From positions 1 through 64,000 of the IMG/VR virus record IMGVR_UViG_3300028131_000823: 64,000 bases of DNA; one strand, 5' to 3'. Shown here one piece after another: positions 38,601-48,000 of this stretch. Position 1 is the first letter of the stretch; the number at the start of each line of letters is the position of its first letter. The notes beneath the pieces were generated by a model. The model saw nothing but the letters and a program-made list of their open reading frames with translations. It was not told the DNA's origin and made no database searches. Made by a program: the position numbers and the translations under genes.

Positions 38601-41320
38601 TTGTTAATGTTTATAAAGACTTTAAAATTGAATGGGGAATGTTTAGTGCATATGATATTCATGATATGGATTTTGATTTTTATGATGAATCTAATTCTGA
38701 TTTAAAAGAATTAGATTTAGAAGATGACATACTTTACCCATTTTCAAATGCAATTGATGAACCTACTGGGCCTAATGGAGAAATGCCTTTAGATGCATAT
38801 GCTGATGTTGAAAGGTTAAAGGAAGATTCTAATACTTATTTTTCTAATTTAATAAACATATTAGAAGATGAAAACAGTTTACCTGAAGGAAACACAATGA
38901 CTAGAATATCTAGTGAATTTGAAAGACTACAAGAAAATAATACAACGGAATTTGCTACAATCTCCAGAGTAGTTCCATATATTAATAAATGGTCTCTAAA
39001 GGATAGCTTAAACGTTAGAGAAAACCCATACTTTCTAAATTTAAATGAAGCATTTGGTGAAACTAATTTTGCTGCTTCTCTAGAAAGTTTAGATAGAGAC
39101 GAAACTAAAATGACACACGAATGGTTCTATATAGACGAATACCCTACATACTTAGAGTATTTTGATGTCGATAATACTTTTAGTTATTTAAAACCTTCAC
39201 CCAATATTGAATTTAGTTTAGATCATTTTAAAGATATAAATTTTGATTATTTTAAAACATATTTTGTAGGGACTGGGGCAATGGTTGGTTCTGATGAAAC
39301 ATTTGCTCAAACTTCATTTGGAAAATCTAGAACTTTTAAAAAGTATACAATAATAGAAGATGGAGGAGGTGAATCGTTTGCCTCAACAATATTTAAAGGT
39401 ATTAGATTTATACCTAAAACTAGAAAAAAAATTGAAAATAACATAACTAAAGAATTTATTAAAAATAGTGAATTTAATGGTTATAGATTTTCAACCGTTT
39501 TAAAAACATCCTTTGATGTAAATTCTCCAAATGAATTAAAACTTAGAATAATTCAAAATAAAAAATTTAAATTTGTTGTTTTAATTTTAGATTTAAATTT
39601 ATCAGATGATAACTTTAGATGTTTAAATAGAAAATTATTATATGAACTAGATCATAAGTTACAAGATCTTTATAACTATTCAAATAGCATAGTTTCGGGT
39701 GCATTAGATTTAAGTTCAGTTAATTTAAGTCAAGGTCAAAGCACTGTAATAGATGGAATTACTCACAACAGTAGTAGTGTTCCTTCATTTACTTCACAAA
39801 TACTTAAAGATCCTATAACTGGTTCTTATGGTATTTTAGAAGTTGAAGTTGCTGGAATAACATATGAACTAAACATAGACAATGTAATAAATGATAATAA
39901 AATTTCAGTTACTGGGGAAATGACAATAAATGGTGTTCCTCAACCTACTCAATTTTATACATTAAATCAATATAAGTCTGCAAGCTATTCATATAGAGGT
40001 GGAGGTATTTTTGCACATTCATCTTTATTAAATTTATTATCTGCTGGAAATGTTGCAAATGTTTTAAATACTACTAACAATGCTGAATATTTAACAGTTA
40101 ATGTTGATGGAAGTATTATTGAAAATACATTTTCTTTAGAAATGCAAGACGGTGTTGAAATAGTTAAAACTTCTAACTTATATCCTGAAATAGACATTAA
40201 TAAACCTAAAGCATTTGGATTAACAAATGAATCTATTGGATATAGTATAAAATCTAGAAACGAATATTTTGCTCTTTTAACTAGACAAAATGGAAAATAT
40301 ACCATAAATACTAAACCTATTATTACATTTAGTGAACCTTTTTCTATGCATAAAATTGAACCAGGTGACGGATATGATTGGAGCGATGTATATAGAACTC
40401 CAATTGGATATGTCTATAATTATAACATTGGTAATGCTGATGAAAATAAACTTGCAATAGAATTATATAAAAAACTAAATGGGTGTGGTGTATTATTTAA
40501 CATAGGTGAAGTTAAATCACCTTTACATGACAGCCAATGGGGAAGTATTAAAAATCATTTTTTCCATAAAGTAAACGACATAGATACTAGTGGAGTTATA
40601 AAACTTTCAGAATCAGATGATTTATTACCTAAATATAATTTAATAAATGAAATTGCTATTGAAAAGAAAAACAAAAATGTTTTCATGTCAAGATGGGAAG
40701 ATACTTACTACATTAGATCAACCAGTGGAGGAGGTATTCAATATATTCCAGGAACTAAAAATATAGTTGAAGAAAAAAGTTATATGAGTTCAAGCGCTAT
40801 AAAGTTAAATAAAGAATATGAAGTATTTAACTTTACACATGGAAGATATGAGGCTATTGAGGAGTTAAACAATATTAAATTATTAGGTGAATCTCAAAAT
40901 GATATTAATTATATAGAAACTGAAAGAGAAGTAATAATGGATTTTTATATGAGGGAGGCCGTTGTTAAAAAACTAAGCAGTTTAGGTTTAAGTTATACAA
41001 TGAACAGATTGGTAGAGGTTGAAAATAGTTTTGGTAGAATTGACACGTTAAGTGATGATATTAATGGATATGTTGCTGAAAATATAATACCTGCATTTTC
41101 AATAGATTCTATTAGATTAGCGGTATATGAAGGGAAAAAACAAATAACTACAATTGATATTATTTCTGATCCCTCTAATTTAAATGTAAATGGATATATC
41201 TCAGATGGTAATTTTACTTATAAATTAGACCCTGTAAACCCTCTCAATTTTAGATTAATATATAATAAAAGAATAGGCTACTCTTATAAGATTAGACCTT
41301 TAATAAAAATAAAGTCATAA
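35618..41320 (+). CDS. 1900 aa structural protein with N-terminal thrombospondin type-3-like Ca-binding repeats
   Basis: About 10 x DGDGVGDN-x-D-x-FP-x-D repeats, then a long N/I/F-rich body; GATATATAA at 35572. Confidence 0.7.
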   Translation: MFEGGDDPILGGDDTDSGSGDGPTDFNDTDSGAGGTPIGDGGDSGGDADGDGVADNKDAFPNDPTETADTDGDGVGDNADDFPTDPNEDTDSDEDGVGDNADDFPTDPNEDTDTDGDGVGDNADDFPTDPNEDTDTDGDGVGDNTDAFPNDSTETLDSDGDGVGDNTDSFPTDPNEDTDSDGDGVGDNADAFPNNSTETLDSDGDGVGDNTDAFPNDSTETLDSDGDGVGNNADAFPNDSTETLDSDGDGVGDNADDFPTDPNQQVAQINPNLIQQVAESLENLNGTSDGSDPYSSLTPFKIRTDIENNGRYDNISKPLLRTNPKISTNIKLIVENDQMYLESFNATDQLAASNYKKYLVKETGSYSYDVAKFWNKDSTPNDLVYKVKRDNSDFSVLDSYEKQLEETYNYGTSINYNKLYDSEFAMLAPIWLDKKVPSKFLIYRVKDPINTKNYSNSENLDRINEMLKNATLIKTIDLSNDSAIGKYIRNYVNDDSFPDSPLTVSFNKDEQTFYNGIDLEKGGFTSKGEFHYKDTIKTDKPIIEYNDFITEGFSRNNLACANLVNLEFLFDDEEAEEFSINRYFGIYVDEHKLGGGSVDNIKNDLFTFKKDTLISEMDLSDVGSGTYMLPHNVFYQNMPMLGWIKSFSNYHNIKNGVYWNRKNYELRADTNNTDYSLFTGIKKTNKNIEIIVNTSAASDFIKIKIIDNPLNGDEFRLLKLKKQRFTIKIVVNENTGSVTLNDNTGFGYTRPSGATEYDTLLDLVNNWPISVGNTFEKYEPSLIQRGNKYFIELVEKQYNFEENHSIFCLNNNLTILDVKKTYTHINVVENTFIADNNVDKGRFENNRFSNQGTLKNVADSISSLINNYTLFSSIVLENEIIIYSDVDGYNRELGIFVKNLSSSNFIEINEESSNKNITSNFLLNNEVWYLKGGSNVNSSIYINEDDEDEISIGEYLLDIENRFNEVLDIVDDPREINSNFKRVILKDKNNGIENIVNVYKDFKIEWGMFSAYDIHDMDFDFYDESNSDLKELDLEDDILYPFSNAIDEPTGPNGEMPLDAYADVERLKEDSNTYFSNLINILEDENSLPEGNTMTRISSEFERLQENNTTEFATISRVVPYINKWSLKDSLNVRENPYFLNLNEAFGETNFAASLESLDRDETKMTHEWFYIDEYPTYLEYFDVDNTFSYLKPSPNIEFSLDHFKDINFDYFKTYFVGTGAMVGSDETFAQTSFGKSRTFKKYTIIEDGGGESFASTIFKGIRFIPKTRKKIENNITKEFIKNSEFNGYRFSTVLKTSFDVNSPNELKLRIIQNKKFKFVVLILDLNLSDDNFRCLNRKLLYELDHKLQDLYNYSNSIVSGALDLSSVNLSQGQSTVIDGITHNSSSVPSFTSQILKDPITGSYGILEVEVAGITYELNIDNVINDNKISVTGEMTINGVPQPTQFYTLNQYKSASYSYRGGGIFAHSSLLNLLSAGNVANVLNTTNNAEYLTVNVDGSIIENTFSLEMQDGVEIVKTSNLYPEIDINKPKAFGLTNESIGYSIKSRNEYFALLTRQNGKYTINTKPIITFSEPFSMHKIEPGDGYDWSDVYRTPIGYVYNYNIGNADENKLAIELYKKLNGCGVLFNIGEVKSPLHDSQWGSIKNHFFHKVNDIDTSGVIKLSESDDLLPKYNLINEIAIEKKNKNVFMSRWEDTYYIRSTSGGGIQYIPGTKNIVEEKSYMSSSAIKLNKEYEVFNFTHGRYEAIEELNNIKLLGESQNDINYIETEREVIMDFYMREAVVKKLSSLGLSYTMNRLVEVENSFGRIDTLSDDINGYVAENIIPAFSIDSIRLAVYEGKKQITTIDIISDPSNLNVNGYISDGNFTYKLDPVNPLNFRLIYNKRIGYSYKIRPLIKIKS
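35762..36406 (+). repeat. About 10 tandem 66 bp (22 aa) TSP3-like repeats
   Basis: DGDGVGDNADDFPTDPNEDTDT and DGDGVGDNTDAFPNDSTETLDS variants. Confidence 0.95.
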
Positions 41321-41321
41321 A

Positions 41322-43313
41322 ATGGCAATAAATATAAAAGAATTATTCGATGCTGACTCAGATAATATCAAGGTTGAAAAGACAAATTACAACTTTGATC
41401 AAGTTTTAGCAAATGGTGGAGGGCCAATTGGTCCTAAAGGAGTTCAAGGAACTACCGGAAACGTAGGACAAAAAGGAGACGGAGGTGATAAAGGTGATAA
41501 AGGTGACGGTGGACAAAAAGGAGAACAAGGTGTTTCTTTAAATATATGGGACAGTGATGTTAATTCATCCGTAGCTCCATTGTTTAATATACTAAGACCT
41601 TTTAATCAGTCTGGAACTATACCTAATCAAGCATTAACTTCTAGAATTATATTAGGAGACGACACAAGTGTCTCTACTGCTCCTTCATATTCTCCAACCG
41701 CATTATTAAGTATGTTGTTAAAGGCAGATGATGCTCCAAACCATATTGAGCTAAAGGTAGATAATAGCAATGCTGCAATTTACAATATTAGAAGTGAATA
41801 TTCTAACGGTAATGGTACTACTTTAAAAATAGTAGGAAGCGCTGCTGCTGTTCAAGGGGAAACTGTTAATATGACAATAAACCCTGGAAATAATATTACA
41901 TTATTAGGTTCTACTTTAAATTTTGAAGGAAGTGGACTTATTGAAATATTGTCTAATGGATCTGCAATACAGATAGAAGGAAATCAAGGAGTGACGATCG
42001 ATGGTCAGGATGGAGACATATTAATTGACAACACGTCAGGAGACAGCAACATTGATATAAATTCTAATGAGGATTTAAACTTAGATGCTTCTGCGGTTAA
42101 TATAATAGCAAATGGAGGTGGAGACAATTTAGATATTGCTATTACAGCAAATGATGGAGAAGTTAATATTAAGGCTTTAAATGATAATGATGTTTTAATT
42201 GGAAATGCTGCCGGTACGGATTCTATTTATTTGGCGGCGAAAAGCTTAATAAGATTAAATACTCCTATTTTTCGAATAAATGCGACAACTAATGTTGATA
42301 TTAATTCACCTGTATTAGATATTGATGTTTCAAATGCGACTAATATTACAACTGCGAATACTAACGTAATTAACGTATCTAGTGCTTCTGGTTTTAATGA
42401 TCTACAAGTAGAATCTGCATCTAAACTTAAAATAGAAAAGGAATTAATTACAGCTGACAAATCATTATTTTTTAGTGATAGTGATGGAGACCATGATGGC
42501 GATACTGATGGGGCTATTGATCCTACTGAAGTAAGTTCAGGTGATGGTATTAGATTTAAAGGAGGTGCAGCAGCAACCGGTGGGCCTGCTATAGGCTCTA
42601 CAACTGCAGGCTTTTATCCTGCTCCGAATAATGGATCAACTGACGATAAAAGAACTCTTAGCGATTATTTCTTTGAAGATAATTTAGTAGATCCTATTAC
42701 TGCAAATAAAAGATCAGATGCAGCAAGTGGAACTCTAAGCAGTGAACCCACTGGTAGCACATTTGACTCATTGCCTACAGGTTCTGGTGGAAGTAGTAGC
42801 GTTGTATCGTATGTAAAAATTGGAAATTCAATTAGTGTAAATGGAAGGTTTACGTGTAGATCTCATACCTTATGGTCACTATATGATATTGATGGTAGCT
42901 TTAATAATAATTATTTTGTATTAAGATTTGATGAGACTTTTCCATATTTAAATAGTGGAACTTCTCCTGTATATGCAAATATTGCTATCTCTACACAATT
43001 CGGTAGTGATCTAAACCTAGCGATAGGCCCAGGTACATCTGTTGATGTTTATTTTGGATTTGTAGGAGTAATTTATCCTAATTCTAATACTATTCATTTT
43101 TATAAAAATGGTGTAAGAACAGTAAATGGTCAAAATCCTATAACTCCTATACCATTGTCTCCTAAAGATTTAAGTAGAAATGCTTCAACGACATCGGATC
43201 AAAGTATTGACATTTCATTTTCATTTACCATGCCTACTATTTGGAATTCATACAATAGAGAATATACAAGCGGTACTAGTATCAATGATGGTGATGGTAA
43301 ATTAGGTGGTTAA
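41322..43313 (+). CDS. Tail fibre-like protein with collagen-like segment
   Basis: N-terminal TNYNF anchor-like motif, GPIGPKGVQGTTGNVGQKGDGGDKGDKG G-X-Y repeats, beta-helix-like I/N-rich middle. Confidence 0.7.
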   Translation: MAINIKELFDADSDNIKVEKTNYNFDQVLANGGGPIGPKGVQGTTGNVGQKGDGGDKGDKGDGGQKGEQGVSLNIWDSDVNSSVAPLFNILRPFNQSGTIPNQALTSRIILGDDTSVSTAPSYSPTALLSMLLKADDAPNHIELKVDNSNAAIYNIRSEYSNGNGTTLKIVGSAAAVQGETVNMTINPGNNITLLGSTLNFEGSGLIEILSNGSAIQIEGNQGVTIDGQDGDILIDNTSGDSNIDINSNEDLNLDASAVNIIANGGGDNLDIAITANDGEVNIKALNDNDVLIGNAAGTDSIYLAAKSLIRLNTPIFRINATTNVDINSPVLDIDVSNATNITTANTNVINVSSASGFNDLQVESASKLKIEKELITADKSLFFSDSDGDHDGDTDGAIDPTEVSSGDGIRFKGGAAATGGPAIGSTTAGFYPAPNNGSTDDKRTLSDYFFEDNLVDPITANKRSDAASGTLSSEPTGSTFDSLPTGSGGSSSVVSYVKIGNSISVNGRFTCRSHTLWSLYDIDGSFNNNYFVLRFDETFPYLNSGTSPVYANIAISTQFGSDLNLAIGPGTSVDVYFGFVGVIYPNSNTIHFYKNGVRTVNGQNPITPIPLSPKDLSRNASTTSDQSIDISFSFTMPTIWNSYNREYTSGTSINDGDGKLGG

Positions 43314-43329
43314 TAAAATAAAAAAATAA

Positions 43330-44127
43330 ATGTTTAAAAGTTTAGAAATAAAGCCAATTCATTTTATAGCAACTATTTTATTGCTTATTATTTTACTAAT
43401 GCATCAATGTAATAGGACTTCTAAAATAAAGGCTATTAATAAAGGCTTAGAGGTTAAAGTAGAAAGAGCGGGTCAAAATATTATCGCTAGTCAAGATAGT
43501 ATAAAATATTATAAAAATGAAAATGACTTCTTAGTTAGCGAAATTACAGCATATGAGTTTACTGCAGAAGAATTAACAAATGACGCGAATGACTTATATG
43601 CAAAATACGAAAATGCACTAGGAGATATTAAAAAACTTAAAAAGGTAAATCAATTGTTAAGTGCAGAAATTAATATTAAAGAAGTTGATACAGTTTACGC
43701 TTTTATAGAAAGTGATTCAGTTTTATATTTTAATGATTCTACAGTTTATGGAGATGGCAATTGGAGAAAATGGAATAGTAAGATTAGTCTGTTCGAAAAA
43801 GATAATAAATTAACAGGTGCATTGAATAGTTTTAGTTATGAACAAGGAATTAAACTATACTCAAGTGTTGAGGAAATTGATGGCATTAAAAAAATTAATA
43901 TTGCTACAAAATATCCGGGCTTAACATTTAATAGTATTGAAGGAATTAGTCTCATTGAAGATGAGATAAATAAAGCAAAGGAAGAATATAAAAGTAGAGT
44001 TAAATTAGGTCTAGGAGTTGGCTATGGCTTAACTTTTACAAAAGACAATAGAGTTTATCATGGACCTCAACTTGGTTTATTTTTAACATATACTCCAAAG
44101 TTGTTCAATTTTAAAAGAGATAAATAA
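43330..44127 (+). CDS. Membrane-anchored coiled-coil protein, possible spanin
   Basis: N-terminal TM (FIATILLLIILLM), coiled coil, C-terminal alternating beta strands (LGLGVGYGL...GPQLGLFLTY). Confidence 0.45.
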   Translation: MFKSLEIKPIHFIATILLLIILLMHQCNRTSKIKAINKGLEVKVERAGQNIIASQDSIKYYKNENDFLVSEITAYEFTAEELTNDANDLYAKYENALGDIKKLKKVNQLLSAEINIKEVDTVYAFIESDSVLYFNDSTVYGDGNWRKWNSKISLFEKDNKLTGALNSFSYEQGIKLYSSVEEIDGIKKINIATKYPGLTFNSIEGISLIEDEINKAKEEYKSRVKLGLGVGYGLTFTKDNRVYHGPQLGLFLTYTPKLFNFKRDK

Positions 44128-44130
44128 ATT

Positions 44131-46131
44131 ATGGCAGAAAGTTCAAGATATTACAAAATAGATAATGATATACTTTTAGAGTTTATCTATCACGATCAAG
44201 CAGATACCACTCCTTATGAGATAGACGTTGATGATAATGGTAGTGAGATGAAAATACTAAGTACCGATGAATCAAATCCTGCATTAACTAGACATCTTAT
44301 AAATGAACTAGGCAGCGATGTTGTGAATTTCGATGTTACTGAAGATGGAGCTTATATATCAATTGAAGGATTTGCTGCAAGAACTCTGTTATTAGAAGTT
44401 GGAAAAACATATAAGTTTAATTTAAGTGCTCTTACTATTGCTGCTAACTTTGCAATTACTGGAACGAATAATGCTAGTGGATTAAGTGGAAACATATTCA
44501 CATACATTCCAGCAAATACAGGAAATTTTGAATATTCTTTAACTAATTTCATAGGTGGCAAAGTTACAGTTGGAAATGTTGCAAACCCATTATTTGCTAC
44601 ACCGGATGAAGAAACTGGTAATAGTATCATAACTGGCTCGGGAAGTATCGAAAGATACCATGCTGTAAATGTTAATGAAAATAAATATGCTCTTTTAGAT
44701 AGTACTGAAGGATTTATAGATAGTGTAGAATGGACCGGTACTGATTCTACTGAATTATTAGCAAGTCAAACAAACGCTACAAATAATATTACTAAAATAA
44801 AATATGATAAAGTTAGACTTCATTTAAGAAGTGGTTTTAGTTTTGCAGCAAGAGGTTATGAGGGTTTTTTATTCGAAGTAAAAACTAATAGAACATCAGG
44901 AGTTCAAAACTTTTTAACTCAAATAGTTTATTTAAATACTTCAAGTTTTGAAATTAAAAATCCAAGACCCTTTATATTAAGTGAAACTCTTTATAGTAAT
45001 TTTATAGAAGTTAAACTACCAACATTAAAAGATCAGTTTGTAGATTTTAACAATTTATTTTATGACAATGGTTCTGGCTCTAGTGACTTAGACCCTACTT
45101 CAAATTATGAAGTTTCTTTAAAATTAGTTGATGTTTTAGAAGATACTAATGGGACTGACTACATTTACACAGGAGACGAAACTAATTTCACAATTGCTAA
45201 AGAAGATGAATTCCAAGATTTTACAGTAGTTGTAGAAGAGGCAACTGATGGAGACTACTTTAAAATATATGGAGAGAAAGATAATAGTGCAGCAGACTTT
45301 GAGTCCTATATAATAAATAGAATATCGACAAGCTCAGATGACATTAGCGTTATTTATGATATTATAGTAAATGAACAAATAGGCACAAGTTATATTGAAA
45401 CATATTCAACTTCAATTACGCAAACTCAAGATTTTGAAGAGCCAATTCAATTTAGACCAATTATACAAAATGCAAATAACGCTGCAAGTTTTATGATTGA
45501 TGTGACTATGAGAATTTACAATCAAACAGACAATACTCAAATTGTAAAGAGAGGAAGTTTAATCGGTAACAACGCGCCTAAATATGGTAAGAGAATGATG
45601 CAAGTAAATATAGCATCAAGTGCTAACTTAACTAGAGTATATAATACTCTTCCGGATTTACAAGCTTCAAGGAATGTTGCACAGGTGATTAATTCTAGTT
45701 TACCTAAAGCTCAAGTAAAGTATGCACCTGCATTTATTGAGAGATTAAATGTTGTAGTTAATGTAGGAAATGTAACAATAGATGATGGTCAAATTACTTC
45801 TATTAATAATCAAAGTGGTTTAGAAATATCACCATTTGATATGTATGTTAAATTTAGTATTTCTAAAATCGACAATGGTGAAAGAAAGGCAATATCTTTT
45901 ACTAATTTAAAAAATATAAAACTTAATTTTTCAGATGGCATTTATTTTAACAATGTTACAAGTTTTAAAGATGTTGATTTAAGCAATGGAGAAGTCCTAT
46001 TTAAGATAGATAAAGCAAATGCTAGTAAATTACAAGGTAAAGGTGGTCTAAAAGATAAAAAATATTATATTTCAATCGATAACGGAAGTACTGAAACTAT
46101 GGTGTTTAAAGGTAAATATACAATAGTATGA
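44131..46131 (+). CDS. Probable structural protein (666 aa)
   Basis: GATAAATA at 44119; LLLEVGKTYKFNLS beta-sandwich-like segment. Confidence 0.5.
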   Translation: MAESSRYYKIDNDILLEFIYHDQADTTPYEIDVDDNGSEMKILSTDESNPALTRHLINELGSDVVNFDVTEDGAYISIEGFAARTLLLEVGKTYKFNLSALTIAANFAITGTNNASGLSGNIFTYIPANTGNFEYSLTNFIGGKVTVGNVANPLFATPDEETGNSIITGSGSIERYHAVNVNENKYALLDSTEGFIDSVEWTGTDSTELLASQTNATNNITKIKYDKVRLHLRSGFSFAARGYEGFLFEVKTNRTSGVQNFLTQIVYLNTSSFEIKNPRPFILSETLYSNFIEVKLPTLKDQFVDFNNLFYDNGSGSSDLDPTSNYEVSLKLVDVLEDTNGTDYIYTGDETNFTIAKEDEFQDFTVVVEEATDGDYFKIYGEKDNSAADFESYIINRISTSSDDISVIYDIIVNEQIGTSYIETYSTSITQTQDFEEPIQFRPIIQNANNAASFMIDVTMRIYNQTDNTQIVKRGSLIGNNAPKYGKRMMQVNIASSANLTRVYNTLPDLQASRNVAQVINSSLPKAQVKYAPAFIERLNVVVNVGNVTIDDGQITSINNQSGLEISPFDMYVKFSISKIDNGERKAISFTNLKNIKLNFSDGIYFNNVTSFKDVDLSNGEVLFKIDKANASKLQGKGGLKDKKYYISIDNGSTETMVFKGKYTIV

Positions 46132-46679
46132 TTTTAAATAGTAGAAATAATTTATTTGATTTTAGATTTAATAAGAATTTTATACCTAAAGAAATCGTAA
46201 AAAAGTATAAACCTTATTTAAATAAAATACCTGGAAATCTTTTTGAAGAGCCTATTGATTTTATTAATTATGGTATTCAAGGTATTAATTTACCAGGAGT
46301 TACCTTCGACCCTGTAAGCCAATCAGATAATGATGGAACTACTCGTTATTTTAGAGGTAAAATTCCAACACAAAATACTATTACTAGACAATTTACAGTT
46401 ACAATGCAGCTAATGGATGGTTATATTAACTACTGGATGATGAATGACATTTTATTACATTATTATGCACCTACGACTAAACAAAAACATTTAGATGATT
46501 TAAAACTTAGAGTCTTAGATGCAGAAGGATTAGGAATAGCAAGTATTACATTTGAACAACCTATATTAAATCAAATAAGTGAGTTAACATTAAACATGGC
46601 TGAAAACGTTTCAGAATTTAATACATTTGATTTAAACTTTTATTATAATAAGTTTGAAATTAAAATGGACATAGATTAA
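46128..46679 (+). CDS. Tail-tube-fold protein (gp3/gp19/gp54-like)
   Basis: IQGINLPGVT, FTVTMQL, L-x-VLD, ITFEQP, ISELTLN, FDLNFYY pattern of T4 tube-fold proteins. Confidence 0.55.
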   Translation: MILNSRNNLFDFRFNKNFIPKEIVKKYKPYLNKIPGNLFEEPIDFINYGIQGINLPGVTFDPVSQSDNDGTTRYFRGKIPTQNTITRQFTVTMQLMDGYINYWMMNDILLHYYAPTTKQKHLDDLKLRVLDAEGLGIASITFEQPILNQISELTLNMAENVSEFNTFDLNFYYNKFEIKMDID

Positions 46680-46693
46680 AAGATATATAACTT

Positions 46694-47062
46694 ATGAAAA
46701 CATTTATAGAATATTTAGAAGAAAACAGAGTTACTGAAAAGGAAATGCAACTTTTAACAGAAGGACTTCAACAAGAATGGACTCCTGAACTAGAAGAAAA
46801 AGTAGATAAAGCAGTTGATGAATTTTTAAACGAATACAGAGATAAAAATGGAGACTTAGATGTTGATAGATTTAATAATGAAATGACTAATGAAGGTCTT
46901 TTAGGTTCCATTGTAGGTGGTCTTGCTGGATTTGCTTTAGGAAAATCTATTGGAAAAATGGTAGCTAAAGTATTAGGTGTACAAAAAGGTATTCTATATG
47001 ATTTATTAACTTCACGACTCGTTGGAACTGCAATCGGAGCTTCAATCGGTAAAAGGTTTTAA
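46694..47062 (+). CDS. CTS-bearing protein with C-terminal glycine-zipper membrane segment
   Basis: MKTFIEYLEE; GLLGSIVGGLAGFALG...LVGTAIGASIG; GATATATAA at 46682. Confidence 0.7.
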   Translation: MKTFIEYLEENRVTEKEMQLLTEGLQQEWTPELEEKVDKAVDEFLNEYRDKNGDLDVDRFNNEMTNEGLLGSIVGGLAGFALGKSIGKMVAKVLGVQKGILYDLLTSRLVGTAIGASIGKRF

Positions 47063-47063
47063 T

Positions 47064-47720
47064 ATGAATTTTATTACAATTGATTTTTCTTTAAACTCTC
47101 CTGGTATTTGTTTATTTAATGACAATACTAATCAATATCATTTTATTTCTTATTTAAAAAGATCAGGTACAAAAAAGGCTATTAAGACACAGGAAGACTT
47201 AGCTTTAATGGAGGGTGTTACTCTTGTTTTTCAGCCGGATTGGGAAACTCATGTTGATTATTCTAGTATTGAACTTGCTAAGATTAAACGTTATGATATT
47301 ATGTCAAATAATATTATCGAACTAATTACAAAACATATAGATAAAGAAGACTCATTTAAGATAGCATTTGAAGGGGTATCTTATGGTAGTTCTGCTGGGA
47401 CTAATAATATTATTGATATGGCAGCGGCTGCATCTATTCTTAAGATTAAACTTCTCAAATACTTTAAGCCTGAAGATATTTTAACAATAGCTCCTTCAAC
47501 AATTAAAAAACATGCAGGTAAAGGTAATATGAATAAGCTAGCTTTATGGGAAGTTTTTATAAATAATTCTACTGGTGAAAAATTTCTCGAGGAGACAAAA
47601 TTCTGGAAGTTCGCTAAAACCGTTGAATTCGGTAAATCTATCCCAAAGCCCTTTGATGACCTTGTAGACGCTTTCTACTTAAACTCCTTAATGAGAACCT
47701 TAGAACCTAATCTTCCCTGA
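47064..47720 (+). CDS. RuvC-like Holliday junction resolvase (likely start ATG 47064)
   Basis: ITIDFSLNSPG (D), IAFEG-x-SYGS (E), AP-x-TIKK-x-AGKGN-x-NK, DDLVDAF (DxxD). Confidence 0.8.
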   Translation: MNFITIDFSLNSPGICLFNDNTNQYHFISYLKRSGTKKAIKTQEDLALMEGVTLVFQPDWETHVDYSSIELAKIKRYDIMSNNIIELITKHIDKEDSFKIAFEGVSYGSSAGTNNIIDMAAAASILKIKLLKYFKPEDILTIAPSTIKKHAGKGNMNKLALWEVFINNSTGEKFLEETKFWKFAKTVEFGKSIPKPFDDLVDAFYLNSLMRTLEPNLP

Positions 47721-47812
47721 GGCTTAAATACTTAAGTTATATAGCCCGTTCTCTCTTTTGTTTCAGAAAATATAAAAAAAAATTAAAAAAAGTTTTTAGG
47801 CTAATTTAGTTG

Positions 47813-47839
47813 AAACTATTCTAAATAGAGATATATAAT
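47813..47839 (+). promoter_or_regulatory. Class-2 promoter-like motif TGAAAC-N16-ATATAAT (overlaps a GATATATAA)
   Basis: TGAAACTATT repeated at 47964; identical spacing. Confidence 0.65.
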
Positions 47840-47846
47840 ATTGTAT

Positions 47847-47921
47847 ATGGAAAACGATAAACTAAGTTCATATTTGAACACTAATTATCGGACCCTGTCT
47901 GAAGCAAACGAGGTGCAATAG
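47847..47921 (+). other. 24-codon sORF embedded in a candidate structured RNA
   Basis: MENDKLSSYLNTNYRTLSEANEVQ*; region shows several complementary stems. Confidence 0.3.
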
Positions 47922-47965
47922 CACAAACTAAGTCGGTTAGACGCGCAAACAAGGTTCATATTATG

Positions 47966-47992
47966 AAACTATTTTAAAGTTGACTATATAAT
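47966..47992 (+). promoter_or_regulatory. Class-2 promoter-like motif upstream of gp32
   Basis: AAAC 47966-47969, ATATAAT 47986-47992. Confidence 0.65.
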
Positions 47993-48000
47993 ATTATAAG

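Noticed and set aside
47064-47720. RuvC domain as a miniature Cas12/TnpB effector with the nearby structured RNA as guide
   Set aside because: About 218 aa, only a resolvase-type RuvC with no Zn finger, bridge or recognition lobes; sits next to gp32/primase as resolvases do; no array
47890-47960. c-di-GMP-I riboswitch or hammerhead ribozyme identity for the structured segment
   Set aside because: GCAAAC resembles the GEMM motif, but the GNRA/receptor and P2 features are missing; the hammerhead CUGAUGA/GAAA core is absent
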